From the NCBI GenBank assembly GCA_050331735.1, contig JBHJGN010000079.1, positions 1-58,425 on the forward strand: a DNA stretch of 58,425 nucleotides. The letters run 5' to 3'. Below are positions 1-10,032 of the stretch, in pieces. The translations under genes were made by a program, and so were the position numbers. Origin of the DNA: Cyanophyceae cyanobacterium. GTDB lineage: Bacteria > Cyanobacteriota > Cyanobacteriia > Cyanobacteriales > JBHJGN01. Every line of letters starts with the position of its first letter. Within the stretch, counting starts at the first letter, position 1. The notes below the pieces were generated by a model that was given only the letters and a program-made list of their open reading frames with translations, searched no databases and was not told the DNA's origin.

Positions 1-2
1 AG

Positions 3-3000
3 AAATCAGGCTATTCTAGCGGCTATCTCCGCAAAGATATTGGTCCAACGCTATGGCACGACCTCTCCGTTGCCCTGAGAGAACCTGTTAGTAAAACAAA
101 CTTTAAGGCGGCTTTAGAGCGGAACGAGCACTATGCGTTTCCGTCCTCTACTCCATCGCCTATCGCCAGCGATCTTGAGTATACCGTTGATTGGGGCGAA
201 GCAATCGACGTATCTACCTTTGTGGGACGCACCCAGGAGCAAGCACTCTTATCCCAGTGGCTCATCTCGGATCGATGCCGCTTTATTTTACTGCTGGGAA
301 TGGGAGGCATTGGCAAAACGGCCCTTTCTATCAAAGTAAGCCAGTCTGTACAAGCCCATTTTGAGTTTGTTATCTGGCGCAGCCTCCGCAATGCCCCACC
401 GCCATTAGAGCTATTTATCGATGTCATTAAGATTCTGTCTAGGCAACAGGATGTTGATATCCCTAAAACAGTAGAAGAAGCCATTTCTCAGCTCCTTCAG
501 TTTTTACGGAAACAGTGCTGTCTACTGGTTTTGGACAATGCGGATGCTATTCTACAGGCTGGAGATTCTCAACACGTCAGTCGCTACCGTCCCGGCTATG
601 AAGGCTACGGTCGGTTATTCCAACAGGTCGGTGAAATCAGACATCAAAGCTGCCTAATGGTGACCAGCCGAGAACAGCCCCAGGAATTAGCGACCAAATT
701 TGGGCAGCAGTTGCCGGTCCGGTGCTTCGGCGTTGGTGGATTATCCTACCAAGATGGACAGGCGCTATTCGGCAGCATCGGGCACTTTAGAGGCACAGAA
801 CGAAAGTGGCAGTCCGTTATTAATCGCTATGGGGGCAATCCCCTAGCACTCAAAATTGTTGCCTCCTTTGTCAGTGAAGTTTTTGTTGGAGATTTGGATC
901 AGTTCTTGACGTTCTTGGGAGAGTCGTCTGGCCTTTTTGATGACATTCAGGAACTTCTGGAGCAGCAATTTCAACGTCTGAGCCCTGAACAGCGGGACAT
1001 AATGATGTGGATCGCCATTAACCGTGAACCAGTCGGCCTCATAGAACTGCGCGAAGATTTGGCGCAGTTCATCCCTCCCTATCAATTTCTGCAGGTACTA
1101 GGATCTCTGAAGAGTTGCTCGCTGATTGAGAAGGTTGATAACTCTTTGTTCACTCAACAACCGGTGGTGATGGAATACGTCATCAACTGTTTAATAGACC
1201 AGGTTGGCGAGCAGCTCGATCATCGGTATCCTTGCAAAGCTGTTCCTGAACGAAGCCCACTCCAGAAATATGCCTTGATGCAGGCACAAGCAAAAGATTA
1301 TGTAAAGGAAGCCCAACAGCGCTTAATTCTCAAGCCTGTCCTCGACCTTTTGATGGTTCGGTTTGGTGATGCTATGGGTATTGAGGAGCATGTCCAGAGT
1401 ATGCTCTATGCACTGCAAGCTGAGCCTGTCCGGATCAGGGGATATGCTGTCGGAAACCTGATTAATTTGCTTCGTCAGTTGGAGGTCGATTTCTCGGGTT
1501 ATAACTTTTCTCGACTCTCGGTGTGGCAAGCGGATTTGCAGGGGCTTGTCTTACACAATGTTGACTTTTCCGGGGCAGATTTATCTAAATCCCGGTTTTC
1601 CCAAACCTTCGGCTGGATTCCGACACTTGCCTTTAGCCCTGATGGTAAGTTTTGGGTAGCGGGAGACTCAGCCGGAGTCGTTCATCTCTGGTTTGAGCGT
1701 CCCGAACAAACCCAAATTGCCCTGAAGGCCCCCGACTCTTATGTCTTTGCTCTCGCCGTTTCCCCCGATAGTCAGTTGCTGGTCAGTAGTGATATGAATG
1801 GCACCCTCCTTTGGGATGTTAGCACTCAGCAATGCCTACACACTATAAACGCCCATACTCAAATTATCTGGTCCACGCTCTTTTCCAAAGATGGGCAGTG
1901 GTTTGTCAGCGCTAGTGAGGATGGCACCATCAAGCGCTGGGATTGTCAAACGGGTCAATGTCTCCAGACCTTGGATGTTAATTCCTCGGTTCGTTCCGTC
2001 GCCTTGACCTCCGATCAGCGGTATCTGGTTAGCGGCAGCGAAGATAATCAGGTCAGGCTGTGGGATCTCGCTCAGGGCATCTGCATCCGCACCTTTGAAG
2101 GGCACGCCCAAACCGTCTGGACAGTGGATATTTCACCCGACGACCGCTACATTGCTAGTGGCGGCAATGACTGCGTTGTCAAGGTATGGGATATTGATAC
2201 GGGAGCCTGCTTGCATAATTTTGAAGGACACACCTTGCAAATTTGGGATGTGGCCTTTTCCCCCAACGGCAACATGATTGCTAGTGGCAGCATGGATCAA
2301 ACGATTAGGCTGTGGAACCTTAAAGATAAGCGCTGTGGGGCTTATTTGCAGGGCCACAGCAGCATGGTGATGTGTGTCGCTTTTTCTGCCGATGGCAAAA
2401 TCCTTGCTAGCGGTGGAGCAGATCGGCTCATCAAGCACTGGGACATTGCTCGCCGAGTTTGTGCTAAAACCTGGTCGGGATATAGAAACACGATCTGGTC
2501 TGTAGAATTCTCGCCAGACGGGGACACCGTTGCCAGTAGCAGCATTGACGGACGGATCCGACTTTGGCAGGTTGCCGACGGCCAATGTGTTCAGATCCTG
2601 AAGCATCCGGCGGAAGTTCATGCGATCGCCTTTAGCCCAGATGGAAAACATCTGGTTAGCGGTAATCTGAACACCCGCTCAACTCTCAAAGTCTGGGATC
2701 TTCAACAAGGAACGTGCTTATCGACAATTCCCGCCCATGTTGGGAAGGTCAATTCTCTGTGTATCCATCCAGAGGGGACATTCATCGCCAGTGGTGGCGA
2801 TGATAAAAATGTGCATGTTTTTGATCTGAACCACCAACGGGTTGAAAAGATTCTGCCAGGACATCAAGCGATCGTTTGGACGGTGGCATTTTCTCAGGAT
2901 GGAAAATTTCTAGCGAGCGGTAGCTTTGATCAGACGATAAAAATTTGGGATGTGAACTCATGGCAGTGCTTACGTACCTTGAGCGGACATGGAAATGCCT

Positions 3001-3464
3001 TAACGACCATCGTTTTTCATCCCTCGCTTCCCATCGTAGCAACAGCCAGTTCTGATTCAACAGTCAAAGTATGGGAGCTAGAAACTGGGATGTGCTGTTG
3101 CACCCTCAGCGATCACCCCAATGTTGTCATGGGAATTGCCTTTTCACCCGGCGGCAAGACCTTCGCCACCGGAAGCTATGACAAAACCATTCGTATCTGG
3201 GACGTGGCCTCCTGGAAATGCCAAGCTATTTTTCAGGCAAATTCCCTGGTGCATGCTGTAGCCTTCAGCCCAGACGGTCAAACTTTGGTCAGTGCAGGCG
3301 ATAACGGCACCCTTCAGCTGTGGAATCTCGTCACTCAGCAGTGTATCCAGGTTATTCGGTTACCAGACCTATACGCTGGGATGAATATCCATGAGGCAAA
3401 GGGACTATCTGATGCCCAACGAGCCATGCTAATTAGTTTAGGGGCAAGAGAGGAATCAACTTAA
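3..3464 (+). CDS. STAND NTPase (NB-ARC) with N-terminal HTH-like region, pentapeptide linker and C-terminal WD40 repeats; 5' end lies outside the window
   Basis: The frame is open from base 3 (KSGYSSGYLRKDIGPTLWHDLSVALREPVSKTNFKAALE...DWGEAID). Walker A GMGGIGKT, Walker B LLVLDN, GGNPLAL, and many GH...WD repeats. Confidence 0.9.
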   Translation, partial: KSGYSSGYLRKDIGPTLWHDLSVALREPVSKTNFKAALERNEHYAFPSSTPSPIASDLEYTVDWGEAIDVSTFVGRTQEQALLSQWLISDRCRFILLLGMGGIGKTALSIKVSQSVQAHFEFVIWRSLRNAPPPLELFIDVIKILSRQQDVDIPKTVEEAISQLLQFLRKQCCLLVLDNADAILQAGDSQHVSRYRPGYEGYGRLFQQVGEIRHQSCLMVTSREQPQELATKFGQQLPVRCFGVGGLSYQDGQALFGSIGHFRGTERKWQSVINRYGGNPLALKIVASFVSEVFVGDLDQFLTFLGESSGLFDDIQELLEQQFQRLSPEQRDIMMWIAINREPVGLIELREDLAQFIPPYQFLQVLGSLKSCSLIEKVDNSLFTQQPVVMEYVINCLIDQVGEQLDHRYPCKAVPERSPLQKYALMQAQAKDYVKEAQQRLILKPVLDLLMVRFGDAMGIEEHVQSMLYALQAEPVRIRGYAVGNLINLLRQLEVDFSGYNFSRLSVWQADLQGLVLHNVDFSGADLSKSRFSQTFGWIPTLAFSPDGKFWVAGDSAGVVHLWFERPEQTQIALKAPDSYVFALAVSPDSQLLVSSDMNGTLLWDVSTQQCLHTINAHTQIIWSTLFSKDGQWFVSASEDGTIKRWDCQTGQCLQTLDVNSSVRSVALTSDQRYLVSGSEDNQVRLWDLAQGICIRTFEGHAQTVWTVDISPDDRYIASGGNDCVVKVWDIDTGACLHNFEGHTLQIWDVAFSPNGNMIASGSMDQTIRLWNLKDKRCGAYLQGHSSMVMCVAFSADGKILASGGADRLIKHWDIARRVCAKTWSGYRNTIWSVEFSPDGDTVASSSIDGRIRLWQVADGQCVQILKHPAEVHAIAFSPDGKHLVSGNLNTRSTLKVWDLQQGTCLSTIPAHVGKVNSLCIHPEGTFIASGGDDKNVHVFDLNHQRVEKILPGHQAIVWTVAFSQDGKFLASGSFDQTIKIWDVNSWQCLRTLSGHGNALTTIVFHPSLPIVATASSDSTVKVWELETGMCCCTLSDHPNVVMGIAFSPGGKTFATGSYDKTIRIWDVASWKCQAIFQANSLVHAVAFSPDGQTLVSAGDNGTLQLWNLVTQQCIQVIRLPDLYAGMNIHEAKGLSDAQRAMLISLGAREEST

Positions 3465-3500
3465 GCGCTTACTCGATTTCCACGAACCTGTGCTGCTTCA

Positions 3501-3552
3501 CCTGACATTTCCGGACATTTTTTCAGCTCCAAAATAAATTTTCCAGACATTT
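3501..3552 (+). promoter_or_regulatory. Three phased direct repeats CCnGACATTT (3501, 3511, 3543)
   Basis: CCTGACATTT, CCGGACATTT and CCAGACATTT with start-to-start spacings of 10 and 32 bp, just downstream of the STAND gene. Confidence 0.5.
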
Positions 3553-4027
3553 TAGGTAACGACAAGCTTGAGAAACTGAAATAGAGTACTTAATGTCTTG
3601 AACGCTTGTTGTCACTATATTTTCATGTTGCAGTCGCGCTGAGCATGAAATGATCTGGGGCTGGAGCTTTATCGGGAGTGAAAATTATGCATATCCGTAA
3701 AATTATTTACGAGTAGCTGCGTAGAGTTGTGTGTTTAAACCAGCTCGGATCGACTGCTCAAAGTCCCCCGTTCTTCAGACGGAAGAGGGATGAGATTTGG
3801 CTCATTTAATACGGCTCACCGCACCCTTAAGAGGACTAGAGGCGATGAACCTGGTTCGCAAGGGAAAACTTGAAGGAGTAAGCAAAAGAGATATTAAGGG
3901 ATAGATCTTTTTTATCAATCAAACCTCCAGATTAGCTACCTAATTTTCTTCTTTTCTAGAAAGGACTGCGGCTCTACTCATTATTTACGACACAACCAAA
4001 AAAATCGATATTTCTAGGTCATTAAAT

Positions 4028-5401
4028 ATGTACTTCGCAAATTTTGTAGAGAAGCTCATGGGACCAAAGCTTTTCTACTCAATTCAAAAAGAACTCAGCC
4101 CAAATCGCTTGCTGCCATCCCTGACAGTAGGGCTGACTACCGGCACTTTGGGGGTATTGTTCGATAGCTCCTTTGCTGCTTTGATCTTCTCCGGCAGTCT
4201 CTCCGATTATCTTTCGGCAGGAATCGGACTCGTGTTAATCAGCGCGGCGGTTTCCCGCATCATGGTTGCTCTGATGAGTTCGTTTGGAGCGATGGTCGCG
4301 GATTTAAGCACCGTGCCCACGGCGATTTTAGCCTGGAGCGCGGGTATGGTCTTGAATCAAATGCCTAGCACGGCATCCGAGACTGAAATTCTAATCACCG
4401 TCATTACGACTATTGCCCTAACATCCCTACTAACGGGAGTGTTTCTCTTCGGGATGGGGGCTTTACAATTGGGGAATCTGGTGCGCCTGCTGCCGGAACC
4501 CGTCATCGGTGGGTTCATCGCCAGCACCGGTTGGTTGTTAATCAAGGGCGCTTTCAAAGTGATGACCAGCCAGCCTTTTGGATTGAGTAGCTTTGCTTTA
4601 TTGAGCCAGCCCAAAACTTTTGTGCAGTGGCTACCCGGTTTGCTGCTGGCTATCTATCTGCTGATCGCCGGGCGTCGCCGGGTACATCCTCTCTTAACAT
4701 CCAGCAGTTTGTTTGTAGCGATCGCCCTGTTCTATCTCTGCCTGCCGTTGATGGGGAGTTCTGCAAACCAAGTCATCAACCAAGGGTTAACCCTGGGGGT
4801 ACCGGAATTTCAGACCCCCTGGCAGCTTTTGAGTTGGCAAGATTTGTCGCAGGTCCACTGGAGCGCGCTGCTCAGCCAATGGATGTGTTCTGCTACCATC
4901 ATCATCACCACAGCCATTGCCCTGATGATGAATGTCAAAGGAATGGCAATGGTGGCCGAGAGGGACATTAACACTAACCACGAATTAAAAGTTGCCGGAG
5001 TCGTCAATATATTGCTCGGCTGTGGTGGCGGAATCCTCAGCTTTCATTCACTGAATAAATCGGTTCTGGCCTACAAGATGGGAGGGCGCAGCCGCTTATC
5101 TACTCTAATTGGAGCCGCCATGTTCGTGCTGTTGCCGATTTTGGGAACGCCCCTGTTGAACTATTTTCCAAAGCCTATTCTAGGCGGTTTATTGCTTTAC
5201 CTCGGGCTCTCTCTCATGGTGCAATGGGTCTACCAAGCCTGGCATAAACTACCTAGACTGCACTACAGCATAGTACAGGCGATCTGGATCGTCAGCGGCC
5301 TGTGCGGCTTTTTGCAGGGACTGGCACTGGGGTGGGGATTGGCAGTAGTGTTGTTCATATTCAATGGCACTCGCATGGGCAAAGTTCGCTCCGATGCATA
5401 A
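4028..5401 (+). CDS. SulP/SLC26-family anion permease, transmembrane domain only (no STAS or cNMP domain)
   Basis: Highly hydrophobic; LPEPVIGGF, NHELKVAGVVN, GGRSRLS and FPKPILGGLLLYLG motifs; ends right after the last TM helix. Confidence 0.8.
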   Translation: MYFANFVEKLMGPKLFYSIQKELSPNRLLPSLTVGLTTGTLGVLFDSSFAALIFSGSLSDYLSAGIGLVLISAAVSRIMVALMSSFGAMVADLSTVPTAILAWSAGMVLNQMPSTASETEILITVITTIALTSLLTGVFLFGMGALQLGNLVRLLPEPVIGGFIASTGWLLIKGAFKVMTSQPFGLSSFALLSQPKTFVQWLPGLLLAIYLLIAGRRRVHPLLTSSSLFVAIALFYLCLPLMGSSANQVINQGLTLGVPEFQTPWQLLSWQDLSQVHWSALLSQWMCSATIIITTAIALMMNVKGMAMVAERDINTNHELKVAGVVNILLGCGGGILSFHSLNKSVLAYKMGGRSRLSTLIGAAMFVLLPILGTPLLNYFPKPILGGLLLYLGLSLMVQWVYQAWHKLPRLHYSIVQAIWIVSGLCGFLQGLALGWGLAVVLFIFNGTRMGKVRSDA

Positions 5402-5532
5402 GTAACAATATCAGGAGTGCAGGGACTGGTGTGACACGAACCCCAGATTGACGCTGTCTAGGAAGACACAAAGTTTGTCTCTCAGATATTGAAGGGCATC
5501 GAGAATAGAGAGGAGAGGGACTAAAGGTGCAG

Positions 5533-5576
5533 GGTGCGATCCCCCCGTATCTGAAGCTAGGGGCTTGCATCGCACC
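5533..5576. repeat. REP-like palindrome resembling an IS200/IS605 end
   Basis: GGTGCGAT...ATCGCACC outer stem around CCCC-N-GGGGCTTGC; similar layout to the elements at 13382 and 35761. Confidence 0.5.
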
Positions 5577-5577
5577 T

Positions 5578-5891
5578 CAGCAGAAAAATTTCTCTTAAAT
5601 GAGGTTTAAGCTCCATAGCTCTCTGAAACTATTGAGAAAGAGCCTGGTAGGCTTCCCAATATTCAGCTTCAGAAGTATTAGAGTCTAGAAAACTTTTTAG
5701 CTGTAATTTGACATCTAGCGATTGATTTCTTCTTTTAGAGTTGCGGTGACGCGAAGCTGATTAAAAGCAGCTTGTTTAAGCGTCTCTCGCGCCCTTAAAT
5801 AGGCAACTCCTCCCACAATCCCTACGGCTACCAAGGACAAGAATAAAAAGGAACTGGCAACTTTTGTTGTCAAATATTGCTGCCACTTCAT
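5578..5891 (-). pseudogene. N-terminal fragment of a membrane sensor (Cache/HAMP kinase or cyclase type)
   Basis: MKWQQYLTTKVASSFLFLSLVAVGIVGG...TATLKEEINR*, then a stop-interrupted continuation (FLDSNTSEAEYWEAYQALSQ*FQRAMELKPHLREIFLL) that ends at the palindrome. Confidence 0.65.
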
Positions 5892-5939
5892 CGTTTCCTT
5901 CCCCAAAAGTGAATGAGAGAACGAGCCGCTATAGCAATG

Positions 5940-6500
5940 CTACCTATTCATCTTAAGCCAATCAAAGACTTGCTCCACCGTTAGCTCTAGCTGAATTTCC
6001 TTGAGTAGGGGTAACGGTGCTTCTCCTTGCAGAAGTTCTGGCTGTTGGCTGGGCAGAAATGTAAGAATGCTGCGATCGCCAGGATCGATAAACCATCCTA
6101 AACGGCAACCGTAGCTCAAACAGTGGAGGATGTTGCCAATCAACTTGTTAGGCTTCTGTTCGGGAGAGAGAATTTCAATAGTCCAGTCGGGAGGCAGCCG
6201 AAAATCATCGGGGACTTGTCCCTCTGCTTCAAAAGGAATCCGTTGCCATTGAATTACAGCTATATCAGGAACGATTGACCGTCCACCGAAGGTACAGCGC
6301 AGTTCTGGAAATGCGTAGGCAGTTTTTGGCTTCTCGGAGACTTGATTAATAATAGTGCAGAGCTTTCCCTGCAGGCGGCTATGTCTCCCTTTGGGCATTG
6401 GCTTTTGAATGATCTTGCCGTCGATATATTCGCTAGCAGGTTTCGTTTCCGGAAGCTGCAAAAACTCTTCTATGGTAACCGTGGATTGCGCAGTGGTCAT
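5940..6500 (-). CDS. Uma2-family (DUF820) endonuclease-like protein
   Basis: LPETKPASEYIDG, FPELRCTFGGRSIVPDIAV and PDWTIEILSP motifs. Confidence 0.92.
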   Translation of the reverse strand: MTTAQSTVTIEEFLQLPETKPASEYIDGKIIQKPMPKGRHSRLQGKLCTIINQVSEKPKTAYAFPELRCTFGGRSIVPDIAVIQWQRIPFEAEGQVPDDFRLPPDWTIEILSPEQKPNKLIGNILHCLSYGCRLGWFIDPGDRSILTFLPSQQPELLQGEAPLPLLKEIQLELTVEQVFDWLKMNR

Positions 6501-6612
6501 ACTGTTTCGCTATTTCTTCGATACCAAGTGTTTGAGATTACTGAAAGGTTAACAAACCGGTGCTGACAACTTAATTTTTATGAAATCAAATCCAACCGAG
6601 CCTTGACATGCT

Positions 6613-6774
6613 CTAAGCGAATTCCGCTAGCTGCCTCCGACTCTGAACCTACCCAGTTTGCTGTCAGTACAACGCTCGCAAGCGATCTCGCTTTGTCGCT
6701 TTGGTTTGTCTCTTCAGCAGTTCTTTGAGTTCTTCTGCGCTTTCTTTGACCTCGATGTTGTGAACACTTGCCAT
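6613..6774 (-). mobile_element. IS630-family transposase N-terminal remnant
   Basis: Own translation MASVHNIEVKESAEELKELLKRQTKATKRDRLRALY*QQTG*VQSRRQLAEFA*, which resembles cyanobacterial IS630 N-termini; internal stops. Confidence 0.6.
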
Positions 6775-7121
6775 TCCTTCTCTCTTTGAGTTCCTGCTTG
6801 TCTTAGCTTACCTATGCTAGTGCTTTCTTTTCAAGATTTGGTATCAGCACCAACAGTGAGGATCAGGCGATCACACGGTGCAGCCGGAGGATAACCAAAT
6901 TCCCCAACTGATTCACTAGCGCTTGATGACGGGTAAAAATGTTGCTCATTTTGTCGTGTTAGTTTCGATAGACTCTTTTCCCCTACACCGCATCTGTAGC
7001 TTCACTTTCTAGAGATGGTATAAATTTCTGCGAATGTTCAACTCTCCATCTAAACGTTCACTCGGAATTACTTCCGGTTGCAGCGTTCAGCACGCTCAAG
7101 TAGGTTGATGACGTAGCTTAT

Positions 7122-8141
7122 TCAAAAATTAGCTAAATTTGTTGTTTTACTCCAGATTAGCAATTCTCCCTGCTGCCCTCCGGCTGCTAAGGTATCTCCG
7201 GTAGAGTTCCAGGCTAAACACGAAAATCCCGTTTGCCCCTTAAGAGTTTGGACGAGAGTTTGAGCCTGTTGCCAAAGATAAATGCAGCCCTCTGAGCCAG
7301 CAGAGGCTAGCAAAAACGTTCCTGGTTGAAAGGCGATCGCCTGCACAAATCCCTGATGCTGGGTGAGAGTATAATTCTGCCAGTCGCTACCGCTGCGATA
7401 CCAGACCGCAATTCCTTGAGTACAGGCAGCCGCGAGGAGAGGCACTTGCTGCTGGGTCACCAGATCGGACCAGGCAATGCTGTGGACTTTCTTAGGAAAC
7501 CCCTGCATCAGCCAAGGAGGAGGATTGCCCCATTCGAGGACGCTGACAGTTCGGTCGAAATTTCCCGAAGCCAAATACTTGCCATCAACCGACCACGCCG
7601 GACAAAGACTTGCCCCCGGAACCTCGAGCAGAAACTCTTCATTAAAATCCCACACCTTCACATATCGGTGACCGCTGACGGCGAGCCTCTTTCCTTGGGG
7701 ATGCCACGCCAAGCCGAGGATTGAGGAGGCGGCAAAATCGAACGTTGCCACGCTCTCTTGCTCCCTAGCACTCCACACCTGCACCTGACGACCAACGCCG
7801 ATAGCCAATTGGTTTTCTACCGGACTCCAGGCAAGCCTATCGATCCACACCGACCCATAATCCAGCGTTTTCAGCAGCGTCATCCCGGCTGATCGCTGCC
7901 AAATATTGACTCTGCCGTTCTGCCCTCCCGCTGCCAAAAATTGTCCGTCTGAAGAGAAATCAAGACAGGACACGGTCAACTCTGCTGACTGAAGCAAAGA
8001 GAGCTGACCGCTGTGCCAGAGTGCCACTTCCCCCGCCGCCGAACACGCAGCTAACTCGCCATTCCCAGACCAGGCGATCGCCCTCACGTAGTCTTGCAGC
8101 ACTGCCCGATGTTCTAATTGCAGCAAGCTTTGAGATGTCAT
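7122..8141 (-). CDS. WD40-repeat protein (CobW-associated)
   Basis: Repeated AWS/FS...LA.GG..G...W units; directly downstream of the CobW gene. Confidence 0.88.
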   Translation of the reverse strand: MTSQSLLQLEHRAVLQDYVRAIAWSGNGELAACSAAGEVALWHSGQLSLLQSAELTVSCLDFSSDGQFLAAGGQNGRVNIWQRSAGMTLLKTLDYGSVWIDRLAWSPVENQLAIGVGRQVQVWSAREQESVATFDFAASSILGLAWHPQGKRLAVSGHRYVKVWDFNEEFLLEVPGASLCPAWSVDGKYLASGNFDRTVSVLEWGNPPPWLMQGFPKKVHSIAWSDLVTQQQVPLLAAACTQGIAVWYRSGSDWQNYTLTQHQGFVQAIAFQPGTFLLASAGSEGCIYLWQQAQTLVQTLKGQTGFSCLAWNSTGDTLAAGGQQGELLIWSKTTNLANF

Positions 8142-8170
8142 CGCCTCATACCAATTCTGTCAAACTAACT

Positions 8171-8264
8171 TTCCCCCTTCCCCTTTCCCCCAAACGATAG
8201 AGTGAGATAGCACTAAGCAGGATAATTCCTTTCCCCCTTCCCCCTTCCCCTTTCCCCTTTTCCC
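8171..8264. repeat. Short tandem TTCCCC(T)-type repeats (cyanobacterial STRR-like)
   Basis: Runs of ttcccct/tttcccc; similar tracts at about 14044-14072, 28613-28680 and 48393-48450. Confidence 0.6.
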
Positions 8265-8296
8265 AAGCTGTCAAGCTCCATAGCACTAGACAAGTA

Positions 8297-9271
8297 TTAT
8301 CTATTTGCTAAACATGCTGCAAACTCTCTTCTCAGCTTCGCTTCATCCAGGTTACGACCGATGAACACCAGTTGGTTTTGGCGGGGTTCTCCGGGCTTCC
8401 AGAGGCGATCGCTTTGTCCATCAAAAATCATGTGGACTCCCTGAAACACGAATCGCTCCTCTTCCCCAGCTACGTTAAGAATGCCCTTCATCCGAAAAAT
8501 ATTCGGTCCCTGAGCTTGCAATAGCTGGCCGATCCAGCGCGTCAGCTTGTCAAAGTCTACCGGAGACGGTTCTACAATGGCAAACGAAAATACCGTTTCA
8601 TCGTGTTCGTGGGCTTCTTCCCCGAGAAAATCGGGATCGACCTCCAATGCTCGCTGAAGATCGAAAGCTCTCACGCCAAGAATGGAGTCAATGCCAACTG
8701 CGCAGTTTCGAGTGCGGTAGATTTTCACCATCGCGTTCATCGAGCGAATACGCTGCTCTAACTCGTCAAGCTGTTCTGCTGTCACCAGGTCGGTTTTGTT
8801 AAGCAGAATCACGTCAGCAAAGGCAATTTGCTCCTGCGCTTCATCGCTGTCCCAGTGGTTCCAAATGTGCTTAGCATCGACCACCGTCACTACGGCATCT
8901 AAAGACATCTGCGCCTGAATCTCTTCATCGACAAAGAACGTCTGAATTACTGGGGCTGGATCGGCAAGTCCGGTGGTTTCAATGACTAGATGATCGAATT
9001 GATCGCGGCGACGCATCAAGTTGCCGATGATGCGGATTAAATCGCCGCGCACCGTACAGCAGATGCAGCCGTTGTTCATTTCAAAAATTTCTTCATCAGT
9101 ATCAATCACCAACTGATGGTCGATGCCAACTTCCCCAAATTCGTTGACAATGACCGCGACTTTCTGACCGTGTTCGTGGGTAAGGATGCGGTTTAAAAGA
9201 GTGGTTTTTCCGGCTCCCAAGTAGCCAGTTAATACCGTTACGGGAACCGAACCGTTAGCTGTGGCGCTCAT
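8297..9271 (-). CDS. CobW/COG0523 G3E GTPase metallochaperone
   Basis: LTGYLGAGKTT, VNEFGEVGID, NGCICCTVRGDL, ETTGLADP and NKTD motifs; CobW_C FRMKG...QGVH. Confidence 0.95.
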   Translation of the reverse strand: MSATANGSVPVTVLTGYLGAGKTTLLNRILTHEHGQKVAVIVNEFGEVGIDHQLVIDTDEEIFEMNNGCICCTVRGDLIRIIGNLMRRRDQFDHLVIETTGLADPAPVIQTFFVDEEIQAQMSLDAVVTVVDAKHIWNHWDSDEAQEQIAFADVILLNKTDLVTAEQLDELEQRIRSMNAMVKIYRTRNCAVGIDSILGVRAFDLQRALEVDPDFLGEEAHEHDETVFSFAIVEPSPVDFDKLTRWIGQLLQAQGPNIFRMKGILNVAGEEERFVFQGVHMIFDGQSDRLWKPGEPRQNQLVFIGRNLDEAKLRREFAACLANR

Positions 9272-9354
9272 AGTTCTAACTTACTGTAGATGTCTGTTGT
9301 TGATTTTAGAAAAACTCGGACTAGGCTGCAAAATTGTCTCCAAATCGAAGGTCG

Positions 9355-9825
9355 CTATAGGCCCAATGCGGTCAATCCTGGGTGCTCTTCCGGTCGTGGA
9401 CCCGCATCCCAGAAAAATTTCCGCTCCTCCACCGTCATTCTGACATCATTGATACTGGCTTCCCGGCGACGCATCAGGCCATTTTCGTCAAATTCCCACA
9501 GCTCATTGCCGTAAGCGCGATACCATTGCTCCGAATCGTCGTGCCATTCATACTGAAAGCGCACGGCAATTCTGTTGTCGGTAAATGCCCACAGCTCTTT
9601 GATCAGCCGATAATCTAACTCTTTTTGCCACTTACGAGTCAGAAAATCCTTGATTTTGTCTCGCCCTTGAAAAAATTCGGCTCGATTGCGCCAAACACTC
9701 TCTTCAGTATAGGCAAGGGCCACTTTGTTAGGATTGCGGGTATTCCAAGCATCCTCTGCCGCCCGAACTTTTTGAGCGGCGGTTTCTTGATTAAAAGGAG
9801 GAAGTGGAGGGCGTTGTTCGGCCAC
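9355..9825 (-). CDS. DUF1348 / NTF2-like (SnoaL-fold) protein
   Basis: RPPLPPF...[10 protein letters not shown]...WRNRAEF...[13 protein letters not shown]...RIAVRF.YEWHD...YGNE.WEFD..GLMRRR.ASIND signature. Confidence 0.9.
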   Translation of the reverse strand: MAEQRPPLPPFNQETAAQKVRAAEDAWNTRNPNKVALAYTEESVWRNRAEFFQGRDKIKDFLTRKWQKELDYRLIKELWAFTDNRIAVRFQYEWHDDSEQWYRAYGNELWEFDENGLMRRREASINDVRMTVEERKFFWDAGPRPEEHPGLTALGL

Positions 9826-9956
9826 GTTTAATTCCTTTTACCGATTCATGTCTGAGCTATTGTATCGTCAGACCAACACATTTTTACTATTGCTTATCTC
9901 TGCGCAATACCTTTATCTAAATATGAGTTTCGATTCAGGGGAGAACAGTACTTTTT

Positions 9957-9970
9957 GATATATTGGATAC
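9957..9970 (+). promoter_or_regulatory. Possible imperfect NtcA site (GAT-N8-TAC) upstream of cynA
   Basis: tttttGATatattggaTACaaaa with TAATGT 24 nt downstream; deviates from the GTA-N8-TAC consensus. Confidence 0.35.
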
Positions 9971-10032
9971 AAAAGAAGACTCCAGAAAACGGTCTAATGT
10001 AAGCCTAATAGTAGAGGAAAATTAGCAGACTA

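Noticed and set aside
3768..3830. Glutamine (glnA) riboswitch or group II intron domain V
   Set aside because: CGTTC...GACGGAAG is present but the closing GAAGGAACG is not. The minus-strand GAGCCGTAT lacks the rest of the domain V hairpin.
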